From the NCBI GenBank assembly GCA_032718475.1, contig JAUCBJ010000091.1:6095-70094 (forward strand): a DNA stretch of 64,000 bases. The letters run 5' to 3'. Below are positions 59,625 through 64,000 of this stretch, in pieces. The position numbers and the translations under genes were made by a program. The stretch is from Nemertoderma westbladi. Its lineage: Eukaryota > Animalia > Xenacoelomorpha. Positions within the stretch are counted from its first letter, which is position 1, and each line of letters begins with the position of its first letter. A model generated the notes under the pieces. The model ran no database searches and was not told the DNA's origin. It worked only from the letters and a program-made list of their open reading frames with translations.

Positions 59625-60060
59625 TAAATGCAAAGTATTTATCCAATAGAAAGAGTGCAACGTTACTTTACACGTAGACTATTTGATCGATGTGGACTCA
59701 GTAGCCGAAGTTATCTGGAACGTTTGCAATACTTAACTTTACAACCGTTAGAAGTTCGTAGGATTTTTTACAATTTAAAGACGCTTTATAGCATAATTAA
59801 CAATGTTGTTGATCTAGACTATGACTATGATATATTTTTCAAAAGTGCTAGTAGGCCAGGGTCGAGAGGCCATAATTAAAAACTGTTTCAACAATGTACC
59901 AGGCTCCAGATTACAGTAGTAAGTTCTCCTTTGTTAATCGAATAGTTAATATATGGAATAATTTACCGGTTGATGTCGTAAACTCGACGAACAAAGATAT
60001 TTTATTCGAAGGTAAAAAATGTTAATTCACTGAGGTATTGTAAATTTAATAGAGCTTTGT
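59625..60060 (+). mobile_element. CR1-like LINE 3'-end fragment
   Basis: IERVQRYFTRRL, SYLERL..L.L.PLEVRR, SRGHN*KL, FSFVNRIVNIWNNLP. Confidence 0.82.
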
Positions 60061-61295
60061 AAATATATTATACTGTATCACTAGTAGACCCTATTGTATG
60101 TAATTTTACCTGTAAATAAATATATTAATGCATTGAATTTTAATTGAGTTTTTATTTTATTCGTGTGTTTTTATGTGCATTCATTTGAGAAACGGAGTGG
60201 AATTCCTTGGCTAAAAGATTATCCCATTCATAATCGGATATTGTAAATACGTCATATTTATTTTTGTATATCGTACGTCATAATGAGACTATATCGTGAT
60301 CGCACACTGTATGTCATCGTCTTTATTTTCGTGTTTGCCAACATTCTGACATTCCAGCATGGTGGCAACAGAAACCTACTCATCCAATCACATCACACCA
60401 TCACTTTTCCATCCGCCTATCCGTATCTGCCGATTGGAAATTGGGTTAGTTTTCCCAGTCCTGCAGTCGTACAGCCTGTCAGCCTGTACAGCAGTACAGT
60501 ACGGTACCAGTTGACCAGGGTACCATACCATAAGCAGAGTACACAGTCAGACGCAGACCATGTAGCCATGGGACCTACTACACAGCTACATACTATGTCA
60601 GTATGTACGGTCACCTTGAGAGGCCTCTTGCTCTTACTGCTTCTGTGCTTACCATGACGCCAGTTTTTTTCAGTATTTTAACAGCCTGATACTGTGATAG
60701 CAGTTCTGCTCTGCAATTGCAATACTCCAATACTATCAGCATGGCCTACTGCTGTACTGCAGTACTGGCAGACTAGCCTACTAAAAACCTAGTCCGGTCT
60801 GCCGCTCAGCCGGTAGTCAGCTAGACCGCACGTTCAGCGTTCTCACGTTAGGCCTACTGAATACAGGAATAATGAATAGTCCTACCCCTACTGCCCTGCT
60901 AGGCTGCTTCAGCTAGGCAGCTACTCAGCTAGGCCCTACATACACGGTTGACGGTCGCTAGATGCTAGACTAGACTAGACTATGGACTAGACTGCACTGC
61001 AGCACTGCTAGATGCCGAGTCCGAGATGGTATCCTTATCCTACCCTACACCAGCCTGCCAGCCAGCGCCCCCTCCAGCCCTCTGCCTCTCGATTCAAAAT
61101 TTACTGAATTATGACTTATGAGACATTAAACAGTTAATCGGGCCAGGCTGCAGGCTGCAAACCACCACTGAACCGCGCACAACGCCTGCGCACAATTTTT
61201 CGGCGGCGCAATATTTGACAACATACCGCGCATGCACCGAAAAAAACGCGCACACCACATTTTAACAATGTAAACGAGAAACATACGCCAGGCCA

Positions 61296-61845
61296 GCGAA
61301 GCGAGCAAAACCTTTTCATTAACACTGTAACATTGCAAAATGAACAGATGAAAAAGAAACGCGAGCAAAACTCAATGCAGCAATGTGAGATAAATTTGTT
61401 CATTCTAACAGCTGAACAGTGCAAAATGATAAGATAAAGAAACGCGAGCAACAGCTCAAAGTGAGCGAAATTTTTTCCTTCTAACAGTGCAAAGTGAAAA
61501 AGAAACGAGAGCAAATCTCAAAGTGAGCGAAATTTTTTTCATTCTACATGTAACAGTGCAAATTGAAAAAGAAACGCGAGCAAAACTCAAAGTGTTCGAA
61601 ATTTTTTCATTCTAACAGTGCAAAATGAAAAAGAAACAAGAGCAAAACTCAAAGTGAGCGAAATTTTTTCATTCTACATGTAAAAGTGCAAAATGAAAAA
61701 GAAACGCGAGCAAAACTCAAAGTGTTCGAAATTTTTTCATTCTAACAGTGCAAAATGAAAAAGAAACGCGAGCAAAACTCAAAGTGAGCGAAATTTTTTT
61801 ATTCCACAGTGCAACATGCAAATAAACGCAAGCGAAGCGAGCGAA
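61296..61845. repeat. Minisatellite, about 62-69-bp unit, about 8 copies, bracketed by GCGAAGCGAGC motifs
   Basis: Unit AACAGTGCAAAATGAAAAAGAAACGCGAGCAAAACTCAAAGTGAGCGAAATTTTTTCATTCT; probably the interior of a non-autonomous DNA element. Confidence 0.85.
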
Positions 61846-62259
61846 TTTTTTTGTGGCAAATTATTTTTCACTTTGAATGCATGTAAACTTTTTTACACTT
61901 CATCCACCTGTCAGCCTGTACCGGTACGCGCACTTCACGACTTTGAATCTCTTGCACAGATTACTGCGCACTTTTGTTGTCTTTCCAGTATTTCCCCGTC
62001 TTTTTTCCTGCCTGCCTGCTATTTCCACGAGGAGACCGGGAAATTTGAGCAAAATATCAAAGTCTTTTCTTACATACGTACGCGTACGATGCAGTACTGA
62101 CTGGTAATTCTGACCGGAAATTCCCCAAATGATTATAAATAGGCATATCTTACCTGTGAGGTTTTATCAATTTATTTTTTTTTATGATAATGAAATTATA
62201 ATTATACTGTATAGGCCTAGTGTATAGGCCTACATGGTATAGCCTAACAAAACATCAAA

Positions 62260-63588
62260 ATGTTTAGTGGATTTAAGTCGAACAAACTGAGGGTCAATCT
62301 GAGACTCGCGATGCAAAGACTCAAAATGTTAGAAAAGAAACGGACAGAGCAGGCGCAGAAAGCGCGCAAAGAGATCGCAGAGTACCTCAAATGCGGCAAG
62401 GACGAGAGAGCTAGGATACGTGTGGAACACATCATAAGGGAGGATTACATGGTTGAGGCCTTCGAGATAGTAGAAATGTACTGCGACCTAATGTTGGCGA
62501 GAATCGGGCTCCTCGAGACCATGAAAGCCGTAGACGAGAGTCTGGAAGAGACGGTTAACGGACTTATATGGGTGGCGCCACGGATGCATTCCGACGTGGC
62601 CGAGCTCAAGATCATATCGGACATGTTATTCGGTAAGTACGGGAAGGAGTACGGACAGATGGCGCGAATCAACCAGTTTGGGAAGGTCAACCAACGACTC
62701 ATCGCCAAGATGTCCCCGGCAGCTCCGCCACGGTCGCTGGTCGAGAACTACCTGGTGGAAATCGCCAGGGCCTACGGCATCGTCTATGAGCCAGATCCGT
62801 CCGCACTGCAGGAGGTCGACGACCTCATAGAGATGGGACCTCCGCCGTCGCCCCCCGCCTTCTCAGGGGGAGGGAAGGGGGCATCCTTCCCCCCTGGGGG
62901 CGGCAGTGGGGCTTCCTTCCCCCCAGGGGGCGGCAGTGGGGGGCTCCCCTACCCCGCTCCAGGCTCCGAAACCTTCCCCACTCCCGCCCCCTTCTACCCC
63001 CCGAGCAACGAACCAGCCCATCGCCCCTTCCAGTATCCTAGTAGCCAGGCCCCCGTGGATTACCAAGCGCCGCCCCTCCCCAGTAAGCCCCCGGTGGGGG
63101 CGGCGGGAGGGGGCGGCAAGATATCCCCGCCCCCCGCTGTGCCCTCCTACGAGGAGCTCTACGGAGTGGACACCAAGCCCGCAGGCTCCGCCAACCAGGT
63201 CCTCCCCCCGTTCGCTAACCCGGGGTCCCAGTCGTCGGACCAGCCTGTGGTCCCACCGCGGCCCGCCAGCTGGGACAACCAACCCCCCGCTGAGCTCGCT
63301 CCCGAACCGAGCCACCCTCCCCAACCGGCTCCCAACGCCACCGGCTATCCTCCCCAACCGGCTCCCAATGACCCCGGCTATCCCCCGCAACCCGCACCCC
63401 GGTCTCACCCTGCCTTCCCACCCCCCGTATCCGGTCTACCCGATCTTCCATCTGTCCCTAACACTCTGGGAACCCCTCCATCCTCCAGTCGCCATCTCCC
63501 CGCGCCACAGCGGCCAGACGACACGTCTAGCGATGTGGACTTCGACGATTTGACGCGGCGATTTGAGGAGCTGAAGAAAAAGAAATAG
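62260..63588 (+). CDS. IST1: ESCRT-III-associated factor IST1, single uninterrupted ORF
   Basis: KLRVNLRLAMQRLKMLEKK, ARIRVEHIIRED, EMYCDL..R, KYGKEY, LVENYLVEIA, Pro-rich linker, LPDLPSVP (MIM2/3-like) and terminal MIM1 DFDDLTRRFEELKKK. Confidence 0.96.
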   Translation: MFSGFKSNKLRVNLRLAMQRLKMLEKKRTEQAQKARKEIAEYLKCGKDERARIRVEHIIREDYMVEAFEIVEMYCDLMLARIGLLETMKAVDESLEETVNGLIWVAPRMHSDVAELKIISDMLFGKYGKEYGQMARINQFGKVNQRLIAKMSPAAPPRSLVENYLVEIARAYGIVYEPDPSALQEVDDLIEMGPPPSPPAFSGGGKGASFPPGGGSGASFPPGGGSGGLPYPAPGSETFPTPAPFYPPSNEPAHRPFQYPSSQAPVDYQAPPLPSKPPVGAAGGGGKISPPPAVPSYEELYGVDTKPAGSANQVLPPFANPGSQSSDQPVVPPRPASWDNQPPAELAPEPSHPPQPAPNATGYPPQPAPNDPGYPPQPAPRSHPAFPPPVSGLPDLPSVPNTLGTPPSSSRHLPAPQRPDDTSSDVDFDDLTRRFEELKKKK

Positions 63589-64000
63589 CCCAAATAAATT
63601 AGCGGTAATTTAACATTTCGGCCAATGGCGATCTCTGTGCCTCTAATATTATTAATTATTAACTCAACAGATTTAATGTATATTTGATCATCAAATGATT
63701 CCGAATATATCAGCGTTGTAGAATTTAGATTTTATACTGTTTTTTTAGTTAATATTTACCTCAGTTTAAGTAAATAAATTTAACAAATACATTTCCGTAT
63801 CTTACCGGCTATTCCGTATCGTACGTACCGGCTATTCCCGTGGCACTTTATTTTTGTTATGAAGTTGGTGATTGATATATTTATAAATGCATTACAAGAA
63901 ACCAGAAAATGTATTCCCCTGACATCAGATACGAGGAGTTACCCTTCAACATGCTTTTTGTCTTTCTTTACCTTTTTTGTGATAGAATGTAGCATTACAC

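Noticed and set aside
61296-61845. CRISPR-like array
   Set aside because: Head-to-tail units without unique spacers, no cas genes, and a eukaryotic context. The same applies to 50981-51522 and 54620-54735.

Overview
Repeat-rich animal-type genomic DNA. Four conserved host genes (SLU7, XRCC4, RBM26/27, IST1) each appear as one uninterrupted ORF. About half of the window (6797-38068) is a nested pair of related Bel/Pao LTR retrotransposons. The outer element is about 18.7 kb when reconstructed, with 1177-bp near-identical LTRs and a CGTAG target-site duplication. It carries a large extra 3' ORF with a WRN/EXD-type DEDDy 3'-5' exonuclease domain and zinc fingers. The inner element (about 11.8 kb) keeps only an intact Gag-protease ORF. 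The most striking signal is that neither element has a tRNA primer-binding site. Instead, the 11-12 nt directly after each 5' LTR are the exact reverse complement of a motif inside that element's own LTR, and the two subfamilies differ by compensatory changes. This suggests self-primed reverse transcription in a Bel/Pao lineage. The rest of the window holds a 21-22-bp C-rich satellite, a degenerate RTE-type LINE, CR1-like fragments and several non-autonomous DNA transposons. All calls come from reading motifs by eye; no searches were run.
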